A DNA stretch of 64,000 bases from Girardia tigrina. Lineage: Eukaryota. The translations under genes and the position numbers were made by a program. The DNA is taken from contig MQRK01220805.1 in assembly GCA_001938485.1 (NCBI GenBank), positions 12,757 through 76,756 on the forward strand, read 5' to 3'. Below, one piece after another: positions 51,901 through 64,000 of this stretch (within the stretch, counting starts at the first letter, position 1; the number at the start of each line of letters is the position of its first letter). The notes under the pieces are model-generated. The model had not been told where the DNA came from. It did no database searches and worked only from the letters and a program-made list of their open reading frames with translations.

Positions 51901-54900
51901 TTTTGTCCATGATCGTCGGCGTTCCACATTGTTGTAAACAATCCATTTTTCGTCACCCGTAATCAAGCGCTTCAAAAATAGATCACTTTGTTCTCGCTTC
52001 AAAAGGGAATCGCAAATGTCTACACATTTCACCAAATGAACTTCTTTCAGTTCATGTGGTAACCACATATCGAGTTTACTGACGAATCCAAGTTTCTTTA
52101 AATGACTTCCAACACTTGATTTTGATATTTCCAGAGTCTCTGTAACTTCTCTTGTCGTCATACGTGGATTAGATTTGATCAGTACTGTTATTTTGTCGCC
52201 ATCAACTTCAACTGGTCGACGGGAATGTGGTGCATCTTTCAGATGAAATTTTTCAGAACGAAATTTAGAAAACCAGTTTTGATACTGTCGAAGTTTTAAG
52301 GAGTCACTACCATATACAAAACATACCTTCTTATGAGCTTGCACAGCGGTTTTCCCTTTAATAAAATCATGCAACAAAACATGAAGAATATGCTCATTTT
52401 GATTTTCCATTTTGAATTGACGATAAAGTAATAAATTAAAAAAAATCAATTAATATTTTGTATAAACATAGTCTGAAAATTAAGGTTTCAGAATATATAA
52501 TTGAATTTAAATTTTATCACATCGTTTTATATTTTCAAGCTTTTTATTAGGACGTACTCAAAAACGCAATGACTTTTTGGCCAACCCAATAAAAACATAT
52601 GCACTATGACAAATATAACAGTATTTATTAGGTGTACAAGTATGAAATGCGGATTTCAGAAAACGGATTGTGCACAATGCAAAAAGTAGGTCAATGATTA
52701 GGCAATGATGTCATAATATTGAGTAATTATGTAGTGTCTCATNNNNNNNNNNNNNNNNNNNNNNNNNNNNNNNNNNNNNNNNNNNNNNNNNNNNNNNNNN
52801 NNNNNNNNNNNNNNNNNNNNNNNNNNNNNNNNNNNNNNNNNNNNNNNNNNNNNNNNNNNNNNNNNNNNNNNNNNNNNNNNNNNNNNNNNNNNNNNNNNNN
52901 NNNNNNNNNNNNNNNNNNNNNNNNNNNNNNNNNNNNNNNNNNNNNNNNNNNNNNNNNNNNNNNNNNNNNNNNNNNNNNNNNNNNNNNNNNNNNNNNNNNN
53001 NNNNNNNNNNNNNNNNNNNNNNNNNNNNNNNNNNNNNNNNNNNNNNNNNNNNNNNNNNNNNNNNNNNNNNNNNNNNNNNNNNNNNNNNNNNNNNNNNNNN
53101 NNNNNNNNNNNNNNNNNNNNNNNNNNNNNNNNNNNNNNNNNNNNNNNNNNNNNNNNNNNNNNNNNNNNNNNNNNNNNNNNNNNNNNNNNNNNNNNNNNNN
53201 NNNNNNNNNNNNNNNNNNNNNNNNNNNNNNNNNNNNNNNNNNNNNNNNNNNNNNNNNNNNNNNNNNNNNNNNNNNNNNNNNNNNNNNNNNNNNNNNNNNN
53301 NNNNNNNNNNNNNNNNNNNNNNNNNNNNNNNNNNNNNNNNNNNNNNNNNNNNNNNNNNNNNNNNNNNNNNNNNNNNNNNNNNNNNNNNNNNNNNNNNNNN
53401 NNNNNNNNNNNNNNNNNNNNNNNNNNNNNNNNNNNNNNNNNNNNNNNNNNNNNNNNNNNNNNNNNNNNNNNNNNNNNNNNNNNNNNNNNNNNNNNNNNNN
53501 NNNNNNNGAAGTTTTACCTCATGCGGCTTATTCACCAGACTTGGCTCCTTCAGATTACCATTTGTTTGCATCGATGGGTCACGCACTTGCTCAGCAGCGC
53601 TTTCATTCTTACGAAAATGTGCAAAATGGGTCGATGAATGGTTCATGGAAAAAAAGGAAGACTTTTACTGGCGAGGTATCCACAATTTGAGATATAGATG
53701 GGACAAATGTATCATTTAGTAATGGAGCATATTTTGAATAAAGCTTTTTTATCATTCTTTTGTTTTTAACGTATTTCTTTTCAAAATTTAATCCGCATTT
53801 CATACTTGTACACCTAATAATATAATGTCTTTTAGCTTCGACACAAGCTCCTATTCAACGAGGCGTTGAAAAATTCAATTTATTTTAATATTTCTAAGTT
53901 ATCTATTGGCTCCAAACACTCAATATTCGCTACGTAGGTCTTCTAAAGATGTAGTATTCATACTTGACACCCTCTTCTTCAATGTTACTCAGCAATGCTT
54001 TATCGACTTTAGATCTGGAGAGAAACCAAGTTAAGGACGAAGTATATGGATAATTTACTTAACAAATCAGTCTTCGTTACACGATGTATTATCGTGTTGA
54101 AATATGTTACATTGACGAGTTTTCAACGGCAGCAACTGTTCCTTCAAAATACTTATATCAGTATGCATTTTTCAAAAAAAATGTTTTTCAAATATGCATT
54201 TTGTAAAAACCGCACGAACTTATGCAGTAGCCTAATAGTAGCCATTCGTCAAGCTTTAATACAAAATCAATAGTCGTTTTTTTGATGTCTGATCCTTTAA
54301 ATTTAATATTTTCCCGCTTTCTTCACATTTTGCAAGTGGATTGCTATCCAAATACTTATTACCCAATGTTTTTGTCTTAAAATTCCAATGGGTTTAAGAT
54401 TCCAATCGTTTAGCCCTCTAAACGATTCATTTTCAAGATTTTCATTTCCAGATTTAAATGGGCAAAACTAAAAACGTATATATTAATCTGTTACAAAGTT
54501 ATCACTAAAATAATTTCGTAATTTCGTTGCAACTTCATATGCTTTAAAGCAATTCTATTTATTCATAAATCAAAAAAGTACGGATTTTAAAACTTGAATA
54601 CGCTATTTTAGGTGAAAAATAATCAATAATTAATTTGCTCTTTCAACTTGAATCTTTTTTCAGTAAGACAAGCAAAACAAAAGCTTTTGAAGACTATAGT
54701 CTACACCAAATTACCATAAATACACTTTTTTAGGTGTAAAATGAAAATAATATATTAATTTTGCCACTACCTAATGTATCAAATATGGTTTTTTTCAGTT
54801 TTCATTATTTATTAATATAAAACTAATTGTTTTAATGATACAAAATTAACATACCTGACAAGATATCAGTTTTGTAGAATTAACTCTTTTTCCCAACAGT

Positions 54901-57900
54901 GTAACTTTATTAGATAGAGCTTCATATTGCGATGCAAATTGTCTAAAGATCAAACATATTTTAAATAAAAAACTTCATGTTTTCAAGATATTTAAAGAAT
55001 TAAATAATTACTTATATTTCGCTTCAATCTGATGTCTAAGCTCCTTTTCATAAATATATTCTTTTTTCAGTTTTTCCACGGTCTTAATGAGCTTGTCTTG
55101 AATATTGACGAAGCTCGTCAAAGAATCATTTGAAAATTTCTCACCAGCAATTGTCTCCGTTTGACAACTTGAAGTATTCATGATCACCTAATAATTTTAA
55201 TACAATCAAACATTCCATTTATCAACTACTTTATGCTTTTTATTTTCCTCCATTAATTTCCTGTTCATTGATTCAATTTCTTCTAAACTAGCGTTTATCT
55301 TTGAAATTTCGAATTTATGTTGATCTTTAATTTCGCTCAATCTTAATTCAGTAAGTCTATTTTGATCAACCAGACTTATATTTTTTTGAGTTAAAATATC
55401 ATAGTTTAGATTTGAGTCCTCGATTTGATTCATCAACGATTCTTTGGTCTTCTTTAGATTCTCTATTTCATTTATCATTTCTGAATGTTTCTTTGAAAAA
55501 TAATCCTTTTGCTCCAGCAAATCAGAATTCATCTTTTGCAAATCTTTGACTTCTTTTTCTAAATCTTGATAAATGTCTTTATTCTGCATAACTGTTGCTT
55601 CATATTTCAATTTTGATGATTCAAGTTCTTGTTCAAGAATTTCCTATTAAAAAAAATTTGTACACGTATTTTAAAATGATCAATGTTTATGAAAGTATAT
55701 AATCATTTAGATAAATATACTGAAAGAGTGAGTATTTTGAAATAATTTCACTAAAGTTTATTATTGAGATAATTTACCCCAGTGTGAATTTGTTAATTGG
55801 TTGATTTTTTAGTGTTTAACATGAATTTAACAGCACAGTGATCCGTCTTAAGCGTGAATCTCTTGTCGTACAGATAATAATTAAAATGTTTACGGAAATA
55901 GTAATTAGACTCACAAACTTCTTTCAGATTATTCAATAACATCTTTCACTGGAGTGCATTGCATACGATCCGTAAGCAACGATGTTTTCCTTGTCATAGT
56001 TGTTCTATTTAACCGGGGGAGCTGATATTAAAAGAAATATACGACACTGGAAGAAAAATATTCTCAGTTAAATTTAGAACGAGAAGAAAATTTAAGAAAA
56101 TGTATTGAAACAATCGCAATGACACTCAAACCTTTATCTGTACTGAAACATTTGAAAAGTTTATAATTCAATCATTCACCGAAAACTTTGATCTCATTTA
56201 TTAGCATTTGCCAATTTGTTATAAAAATTCTTTCATGCATTTTATCATCCAAAGACGATTTCGATCAAATAAATCAAATGTGCCATTTATAACATCATAT
56301 CAAATATTATTATAGGTCATTTAAATGTCCTCGAAAATGAAAAAGTTTGATTCGGAAAACAATGCGTATTTTTAAACGTTAAAAGGAGATTTTTTGTGAC
56401 AAATTAATTGATTTAAATTACAGTAGATATTGTCTATATACAGGTCACTTGATGCCTCAAAAAAACTTACATACGTACGAACTTGCATATAGGCAAATCT
56501 TTACAGTAGGTATTGCCTATATGAAATTCTTCTATATGCTTCAGGAAAAGTTGCATAAATCCAATAATTGCATATAGACGAATTGCATATAGGCAATACA
56601 TACTGTATATTGTTTGATTAAAAATTTTAACAAAAATAATTTTGTCGATTTTTTTTGTATTTTTTCTGTGCGAATTTTTTTTCGATTAAAGTTAGAGTCG
56701 CCATTGTTATAAAAAATTTTGAGTTTTGAACCAATTTGAATTTTGATTGTGAATTGGTAAAAAGACGTTTGTTCCTGCGATCGAAAATTTGGAGCGGAAT
56801 TCAAAACAACATTAATTAATAATGAGTGAATTAAACGATTAGGATTGTCGAGTGGTTAGCGAGAATCTCAGCGGAAATGAATTGATTGAAAATTCGAATG
56901 TCAGTAAAAAAAACAATTGCATGATTATGACGGCAATTAAGATCTAGAATCGATTGATAATTAAGACAGATCGCGTTTGAATGACAATTTTAACTTGCTA
57001 GAATTATCTGAAAACGAGTCGCGTGAAGAAAATAATGTCACTGTAATAATAATAATATTACTGATTACACCAATACAAAAGTTCATAGAAAAATCTTATG
57101 TAACAAATAGTGAGATCATTCTTTCCACCCCCTTCGTCCCGGAAACACTGATTTCCCAATCCCGGGATCCCGTAGCAGAGCTGCGCCCGCTCGTGTACCA
57201 ACAATAGTCATCCTTAAAAAAAACGGTTCCTATGATATCTAAGCTGACATATGTTTAATATAATTTTTTTCTCATGTCGACAAAGCTCAAAACAGGATTT
57301 AATATTAATGTCTGTTTTATTCACTTGAAACCTTCATCGAATTCCATAATCCAAATCAATTTATAAATTATATGATCACATAGTTGTTCTACGTCTCGCA
57401 TTTTTTTCACACATGGCCTTTTCCGAATAAATATACTTAGGAAGCTTGTTTGATGTTCTAATACATTTGCGTTTGTTGAATATTCTGATAGCACTTATTT
57501 TTGACGGATCCGTTTTAATAAGTTTTCTGTTGATAGTATGTCCCAGGGACTTGATCCCTTTACATAGCAACTGTCAGAAATTAATGATATGTGTGTTTTG
57601 TAAATATCAAGATATCGTTCAAATATACTTTGACCTCCTTTCTTTCTACAATGACCTTGATCATTGATTCTAGAAAAGTACCTGGAGCTGTAGCCATACG
57701 GAACGGTATCCTAATAAAACATTAACAGCCTTTCCTTATCAACATTTATCCATCTTTACTTGGTAGAAGTACCTTCCGAGATCGATAGAACTAAATTATT
57801 TTGCGCTGCATAATGAGTTCAGCGTTTCATTAATATTTGGCAAAGAGAATGCTTTCTCGGTGTCGTATCGAGCATCAACAAATCTAAACAGATCAACGCT

Positions 57901-60900
57901 ATTAGCTTTGGAACTTTATCATTTTTCTTGTGTTAAGATTTGCACATGAGTTATGTTCATCAATTCCCGTTGTTCGAGATTCCTTGGAGTACAAGTACCC
58001 CTGGTTGTACCATTGGTTTGTTATTGAGAGCAACATCTATGTAGTTTTTAATAACGTTGACTTCCCTGCTTTCTTTTTATACATGACATTCGTATTCATG
58101 AGCAATTTCTCGATTTATTCGGTATCTTTTAAATCACGCATTTGAGCTATTTATGTTATTCCTTCGTCTTGAATGCAACGTATCAGCATGCACGAAATTG
58201 ATTTCTCTTTCCGTAACTCTTGAGTGAGAGTTCTTCATTAATGCTTTAACTTTCTAAATATTGGTTTAAACATCTTCAGATTCTCGGCTATATTGACACA
58301 TTTGGTCCTTCAAAAGCTAATCGTAGCAAGTTTTAAACAATCCGTTTTGCTAGACGTTCTTTCATATTGTTCGATTACATCATCATATAATACACTAAAT
58401 ATTATCAAACTTTTCTGGGCATATTAGCAACATTAATATTACGATTCATTTGCGATCTAAATCAATTCAGATCCTCTCTATAATAGAGAAACTACAGTAA
58501 AATACGACCTACCATTGAATTTGGCGTATTAGTCATTCTAACTGGATCAATTTCTAGACATTTAGAATCATACATCTCAAATGAAAAATATAAGAATCAT
58601 TTTAAAAACTTTATTAATGATGCAAAAATTATTTCACCAAAAATTACTAATAAACAATTTGCTATATCTTTGTTTTTTAATAACTTGCTCACAATTCCAA
58701 ATTAAAAAAAAATTAATCCAAAAATAAATATTTTGTTTGTTAGAAAAGCTAAAAATATTTTTATTTTTTTCAAATTAATTGATGTATTTCCAAATGTAAG
58801 AAATGACTAAGATAGAAGAAAGAAAGCCCAATTTTTATCAATTGTTTTAAGAGCACTGACGCTATTATTATGAAATCCTTTATTATCCTTACAATTATGG
58901 TCATCTCCTAGATAACTCTCTGTAGATCCCTTACCATTCGTCATCATTCTAATTAGCGGTATTTCTGGATCGTTTAATAGTAATTTTTTGAACAAATTTC
59001 CTCATTTTCAATAACATTTAATATTTATTTAATTTGGAAATATTTAGATTAAAATTAATAGAGTTTGTGTTTTTAACTTGAAAATTATGTTATTCAAATT
59101 CCCTTTAAAATTAGCAATGTAAAAATATTTTTGAATACAATTCTTACAAAAACTTACGTAGTTAATGTTTTAATTTCTCTTACAAATTAAACCTGGATTT
59201 CGAAAGATATTTTTGTATATTAAAAAATAAATAATATTTTTTGAAAAGGGGTTCTTTATTTTTGAAAACCAGATCTTTGTTAATGAAAAACCCTGTAAAT
59301 TATTGAAAATACAATAAAACACTAACTTTCCAACTGGGTGGAAGAATTACAATTCTAACTTCAACACTTTACATTCATATACAATTTAACATATTTCTCA
59401 TAAAGAGAAAAATTGATAATTTTATCAAAATTTGGTCGAAAACTGTTATATCAATATATTTGTAATTATTTTATTATCGCTTTGTAATTATTTTGAAATT
59501 TCGTAAGCACTATATTATATTAATAATTTGTTATTAGAATTTATAATTTTACGTCCTTCTTTTCGAACGTTGAAGAATCAATCTTTTTCATTAGTCCCAT
59601 TATCAGAATCTTAATCAAGTTTGAATGACAAAATTGATGATTCATTTTTCTTCCTTTGATTGTATATACAGTAGAACCTGGCTATTCCGGAATGACCGGT
59701 GATTTTAAAATATACAGGAATATACAGTTTGTTGGATTAGAGTCCGAACAAATACCGTGATAGAAAAATAGGTATTTACGAACCTGTCGGATTAGACAGG
59801 TTGCTAGATTAAAGAAGGATGGATTAGACAGGTTCAACTCTATGTAAATATGTATAAATATTTATATAGTTTTATTTTATTTTAGAAAATAATATAAAAA
59901 ATTAAAGTAAAATAAATATATTAATTTATTTAGAAATTAAAATCAGATCAAAGACTTCCTTTGATCAAATTTGATGTGAATTGCAAAGTTATCGTGTTGT
60001 TTTCGGTATGTGGAGATAGAAAGAATTTCGGGTCGGTAGGCTCGATCTCTTTGTCTGATCAATCAGAGCGGGTTATAACTTATAAATCAATGCATTACTA
60101 CAACTCAAATTTCAGTTATAGACCATAAATCGAATTTGGAGTGAAATTTTGTTAAAACGATTATTCGATTTTAACCCTACAATGCGCAATTTTTTTAAAC
60201 ATAAAAATATATGCAACACACGCGGCCAGTATTACAAACTGAACTGTCATTTTTGTTGACAAAATATATTGCATCTATGACTTTATGGGCAGTTATCATT
60301 CCATACACAATGTTTTTGGTTCACAGTATGTAAACACTCAAAGAATATCACGTGATTAAAAGATATTGAGGTAAAATATGGTTGATTCAAATATGAATCA
60401 CGGTGCATTGTAGGGTTAAAGTGAATTTATCGAGAAAACCATTATCAAATTTTGAGAGTAAATTTTATTGAAATAATTGAAGAAATTTCGAGTTGTATTT
60501 TAGATAGAAACGTTCTTACAAAATTTGTTTAACCAATTTTGACTTGATTTGAAAGATTCAAATTATAGAATTTAAAAATGAAACTGTTAGAATATTTTGA
60601 AATTGTCTTTTTTCCTTGCCGTTAGAATAAAGATTTTGTTTTAAAGAATATCTTTAGATCTGATTGAAGACAGGTTGATGATTCATCAAGAATATTTTGA
60701 AATCTTTAAAATATGAGCCCAGCACTACGGTCTTATAGCCGTTTTCAGGGGCAACTCAGGGACTGCCAAAACAGTAACCGATACCAAAAGAAGGACAGAT
60801 TGAAAAATTAAAAGATTATTTGAATGATTTTTAACTAAGTGATAGAATAACAATTACGCTAATATTATTTCTTCATAAATAAAAAGGTAATTTGGTTTAC

Positions 60901-61960
60901 TAGGATATGTTGCTGGGAGCAGAATTAATATTTATGGGTATCACAATAAATTTTCATAGCAGAGATTTAGTTTTTACTTTTACCTCTTTATCTGGGATCA
61001 TAAAGCTTTTTAAAACAGCTAAAAAATAATATGACTGAAATGCTTTTGCTAAATATTGTACTTTTACATTTTAAGAATTAAAAACAGTAATTTTGAAGTT
61101 ACTAAATTTTATCTTTGTTGAAAATTTTATATTTTTTATTCGATCGTCCGTTTTCTTTGAATAAGAACAGAAGAGGGAAGCAATGGAACTTTCGATACAG
61201 TTTTTCCCTTCTCAAAACCACTACAAATACTTTACTCAGACAAAAACAGTATTTTATCGATTGAAATATATATTAAATTTAATATTTTAATTATTTTCAA
61301 TTTATCGTCGAATTAAAATAATTAAAAGTAGTACCTGACCGATTAATGACAGATATAATACATACAATTATACGAAATAAATACATCAAATAGAAATAGT
61401 GGAATATTAAATGAATAATTGCGTCTATGATATGTTTAATTAATGTAAAATAATATTGGATGAATTTATTATGATATCCTATAAAGTGGATTTGAACTAA
61501 GAGTCAGGAGAAAAGAACACGTGAAAAGATCTTATAATATATAAATAAAAATAGTCATAAGATTCAGTTTTTGTCATAAATATCTGTTAAATCAAAATTT
61601 TGATTCATTCATTCCTAGCATGAAAATTTATAATTAAATTTTCGTTGAAATATGTTTGAAAATTATAATAATCTGTAAAAATTATAAATACAAATAAATT
61701 GATAATACTTTTTCTTCCTTTATAACGTATAGGTCTTCATCTCTTTCATCAATGATATTTTGTTTTTCAGTTAATTCTTTCTTAAGTGCGCGGATATTTT
61801 CTTCAAAGTCATCCTTAAAATTATTAATTTATACAACAAACTTATTCATTTGAAATACCACAGTCTTCTGAGAGAGCAACTTGGAGGATAACTTATCCAG
61901 CTCATTTTGCTTTTCTTCTGCCATTGCTTGTAACAAATCATAATCTTTGGATAAATTTCT
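37146..61960 (-). CDS. Large multi-exon coiled-coil protein with PACT-like motif (pericentrin/AKAP9-like), 5' end unresolved
   Basis: Phase-consistent GT-AG exon chain: 61859-61960, 61709-61813, 55230-55643, 55012-55187, 54855-54942, 50532-50630, 50378-50485, 50192-50326, 50017-50137, 49799-49970, 49596-49746, 49437-49552, 47305-47524, 47113-47259, 42381-42740, 42178-42330, 37871-38082, 37146-37824 (3558 nt). E/K/L/Q heptad-rich; PACT-like SERWRQQLISQKEYIL...FKLKAVAVAIIAYIKF; Ser-rich tail. Confidence 0.85.
41040..41270 (+). mobile_element. Short Penelope GIY-YIG remnant
   Basis: CSDIVYECKGCDVKYIGETVRHLCKRI. Confidence 0.7.
41290..41700 (-). mobile_element. DNA transposase C-terminal remnant (tentatively Chapaev3-like)
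   Basis: VWIAFRNVVNVFLGYKK followed by a decayed FHYLHS...EKHGEMLHHDIQLME pattern; family assignment from memory only. Confidence 0.45.
42775..42910. repeat. (TA)n microsatellite spanning a gap
   Basis: Long TA run on both sides of 50 Ns. Confidence 0.9.
42960..44201 (-). mobile_element. Degenerate Tc1-like element (intronic)
   Basis: MSRKLEV...RCGRP, FQHDDTPCH, WPGQSPDINHIEN, LSDSMPLRIQEILKNNGHHSKY*. Confidence 0.85.
44211..45040 (-). mobile_element. Non-autonomous irritans-type mariner containing a 268-bp copy of nearby host DNA
   Basis: Perfect 28-bp TIRs CGAGGGGCGTTCCGAAAGTAAGTGGAAA with TA; HTH fragment VYNWVHQFENGRESFDDEDRSGRP; 44524-44791 matches 46792-47059. Confidence 0.92.
45600..46450 (+). 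mobile_element. Unclassified DNA transposase remnant
   Basis: Broken frame with ESSRLTIAKFTEFWRKANLP resembling DNA-transposase N-termini. Confidence 0.4.
48932..49057. mobile_element. Small pogo/Tc2-type MITE
   Basis: TA-CCGTAAAGTC...AAGACCC / GGGTCTT...GACTTTACGG-TA. Confidence 0.75.
51745..52589 (-). mobile_element. 3'-truncated mariner (mellifera-like) with open 5' transposase frame
   Basis: MENQNEHILHVLL...WLPHEL...ITGDEKW...KKVMLFVWWD, then truncated; 5' TIR TTGGGTTGGCCAAAAAGTCATTGCG. Confidence 0.9.
52628..53817 (+). mobile_element. Mos1-like (mauritiana subfamily) mariner, middle hidden in a gap
   Basis: TIRs TTAGGTGTACAAGTATGAAATGCGGATT at both ends with TA; EVLPHAAYSPDLAPSDYHLFASMGHALAQQRF. 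Confidence 0.92.
53830..54236 (-). mobile_element. Short decayed mariner remnant
   Basis: TIR-like ...cacgaacttatgcagtagcctaa-TA; decayed FQHDN-like segment on the minus strand. Confidence 0.5.
56421..56605. mobile_element. Tigger/pogo-type MITE
   Basis: TA-CAGTAGATATTGTCTATATAC / GCATATAGGCAATACATACTG-TA; a third internal TIR copy near 56504. Confidence 0.65.
57380..58560 (-). mobile_element. Ty3/Gypsy pol (RT) remnant
   Basis: Minus-strand FSSIDLGRYFYQV, IPFRMATAPGTF, VYLNDIL and LGHTI...TDPSKISAI; many stops. Confidence 0.8.
59669..59840. mobile_element. pogo/Tigger-type MITE
   Basis: TA-CAGTAGAACCTGGCTATTCC / GGATTAGACAGGTTCAACTC-TA imperfect TIRs. Confidence 0.65.
60175..60415. mobile_element. 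piggyBac-type MITE
   Basis: TTAA-CCCTACAATGC ... GCATTGTAGGG-TTAA. Confidence 0.85.
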
Positions 61961-62039
61961 CTATAATAAACAATAAATCTTAATACAATTAAAATATTTT
62001 GTATTTTACGATGTAATTTTTTTAAAGATAAATATTTTT

Positions 62040-62690
62040 TTCGTGACACGACAAACGTGCGAAAATGATTTACTACCATAATTTCAGTCAGAGAAAAGAT
62101 TTCTGCATTTATCCCAAAGCTTTTGCATCGGAGACAAAAAGCTGAACAAAACAAAATAGCTATCTTTTCCAACTAAGCCTTGTTTTTGGAAGATTGTGAA
62201 GAAATTACTTTTAATGTTGTTTAGAAAACATTTTAACAATATCTTAAGAAACTCAAAAAACGATTTTCTGAATACTTTCCAGATCTTGATTTACATACTG
62301 TCAGTAGGGTTGTTGATCCATTTAAATGTGAAACTGCTGATATAACAGAAGATCCTCAAGGATTGGCAGAATCGCTTATTGAATTTCAATCAAATTCTGA
62401 TGAGCGCAGTGAATTTGATATTAAAGTAAATTTATCATAATTTTGGATGTAAAAACAATGAAAGGCTTTTAGAATTGTACACGAAGAAGAGGTAAAAAAG
62501 TTATTGCCTTTTGCAAAAACCTATCTTTGTGAACAGGAATTTTCTGTTTTAACAAATATAAAATCAAAGAAGAGAAATCGTTTGAATACTGAGGATTGTA
62601 TTCAGATTGCTTTAACTTCAATTTGTCCAGATATTGATGGTGTTGTATCAAAACAGAAACAATTTCATTTTGTCAAACCATAAATGGCAT
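62040..62690 (+). mobile_element. hAT (Charlie/Buster) transposase C-terminal remnant
   Basis: YFPDLD..VVDPF, LLPFAKTYLCEQEFSVLTNIKSKKRNRL (hAT dimerisation domain). Confidence 0.85.
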
Positions 62691-62962
62691 AAACCTTATA
62701 AAGTTTTGTGAATACATATTTGTTCTTTGTTATTATATGATTTATTTATTCATATTTATTAAATATTAAAATTTATTAAAAGGAGAGAGGAAATGATTAA
62801 ATTACAAAAATCATATTGAGGTAATGGAGGTAAAAATTCCCTGATCCCAGTTCTAGAATGTCACCATTTATACTCCATCCCGATACAGCACAAAATAATC
62901 TTGCTGCACAATCCCTATAATTCTTTTTTTGATTGGGAGTTTTGACCACTTAAATACTGTAC

Positions 62963-63000
62963 CATCTTTAATTCGTTTAAACTTTGTTCTTGTTTAACAG
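62963..63000 (-). CDS. Candidate upstream micro-exon of the coiled-coil gene
   Basis: aag|CT GTT AAA CAA GAA CAA AGT TTA AAC GAA TTA AAG ATG|gta; its phase-0 end fits the exon starting at 61960. Confidence 0.4.
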
Positions 63001-64000
63001 CTTTTATAAAAAACCGAAACGCGGGATGAAACTAATTTAAATAATGGAAAACTATTATGTATTCCTTCTAAGTTATTGTTCATCTTAAACCATTAAGTAC
63101 CAGATTTTTTTTTCGAACTATGTCATCTTAGACTTTTTGAATGCCAATGACTCAATATCTCCGCATCTAATTTTCGTAGATGAAAGATAACACGTGAGGT
63201 AATAGGGCGAAATGCTTACTAGTAGATAATGACTAAACTTTCTTTAACTTTCTTTTCTTTAAACTTTCTAACTTTAACTGTTTTCGAAAAACACGTGTTT
63301 TATCTGAAAGCTTAATTTAAAAAGCAATTTGTTATTTTTTAGGTTATTTTCAAAAAAAATATTTTCGAAAAAAAGTGCATTTCAAGAATTTATCGTTCGA
63401 AAAAATTGTTTTAGAAAATTATGATTTCGAAGATTTCGAAAAATTATGATTTCAGATACAAAAAAATTACATATTTCACAAAAGTTTACAGTTTTTAATT
63501 AAAGAACGCGAGAGTGACAAATTTAATTTAATTTAGTGATTTTCACGATTATAAAGCTGAGAACTTTTCGCCCTAACAACCCTTTCAACCGTTCAGGCAT
63601 TAAAACTTGCTTTTCTTTAAAAACTAAAGTAGGCAGTTCTTTTTGTTGCATCGTATATATTTTCCATTCGATGAATAATTTAAAATTTAAAATTTTGCAA
63701 AAAGTAAATAATTATGTAAGACAAAAACAGTTTAAAATCTAAATAATCTAAAAGTTGATATATTCAGTAGAATTTTTTTAAATAAAAACTTTAAAAGAAA
63801 TAATAAAATAAATAAAAAATATTGCGTAAATTTATAATATAAAGCTACTACAAAAGTATTTTTAAGAAATTAAATAGTTTTTTTACAAATTAATTTTAAA
63901 ATTAGATGTTTATATAAATGGAAAAATTAATTGTACTGTGCTTGGAATTTATTTTAAAATACATAAGAGTTAGATTAAATAAAAATTTCAAAAAATAGAA

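Noticed and set aside
58807-60710. Possible extra exons near 58807-58995, 59553-59653 and 60600-60703
   Set aside because: Stops or phase mismatches, and not coiled-coil-like; not needed for the exon chain.

Overview
Very AT-rich eukaryotic draft-assembly DNA with five N-gaps. The GT-AG introns of about 42-70 nt and a mariner resembling planarian Dtmar1 suggest a triclad flatworm (inference). Three host loci are visible. (1) An intronless ankyrin-repeat ORF at 1109-1810 (+). (2) A minus-strand surface or secreted protein: a signal peptide plus Cys-rich Ig-like exon (23863-24337) and, 18 kb downstream, phase-compatible transmembrane and Tyr-motif tail exons (5450-6000). (3) A large coiled-coil gene on the minus strand (37146 to >61960) with at least 18 exons, about 1185 codons reconstructed and a PACT-like motif near the C-terminus (pericentrin/AKAP9-like). 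The rest is transposon debris: many mariner/Tc1/pogo elements, hAT and piggyBac MITEs, Ty3/Gypsy fragments and Penelope-like retroelements carrying minimal hammerhead ribozymes. Unusual structures are a 320-bp loop-less palindrome, a mariner holding 268 bp identical to nearby host intron, an RFX X-box/CCAAT array, a long-TIR mariner and an unexplained GC-rich island. All calls were made by eye and family names come from recalled motifs, not database searches.
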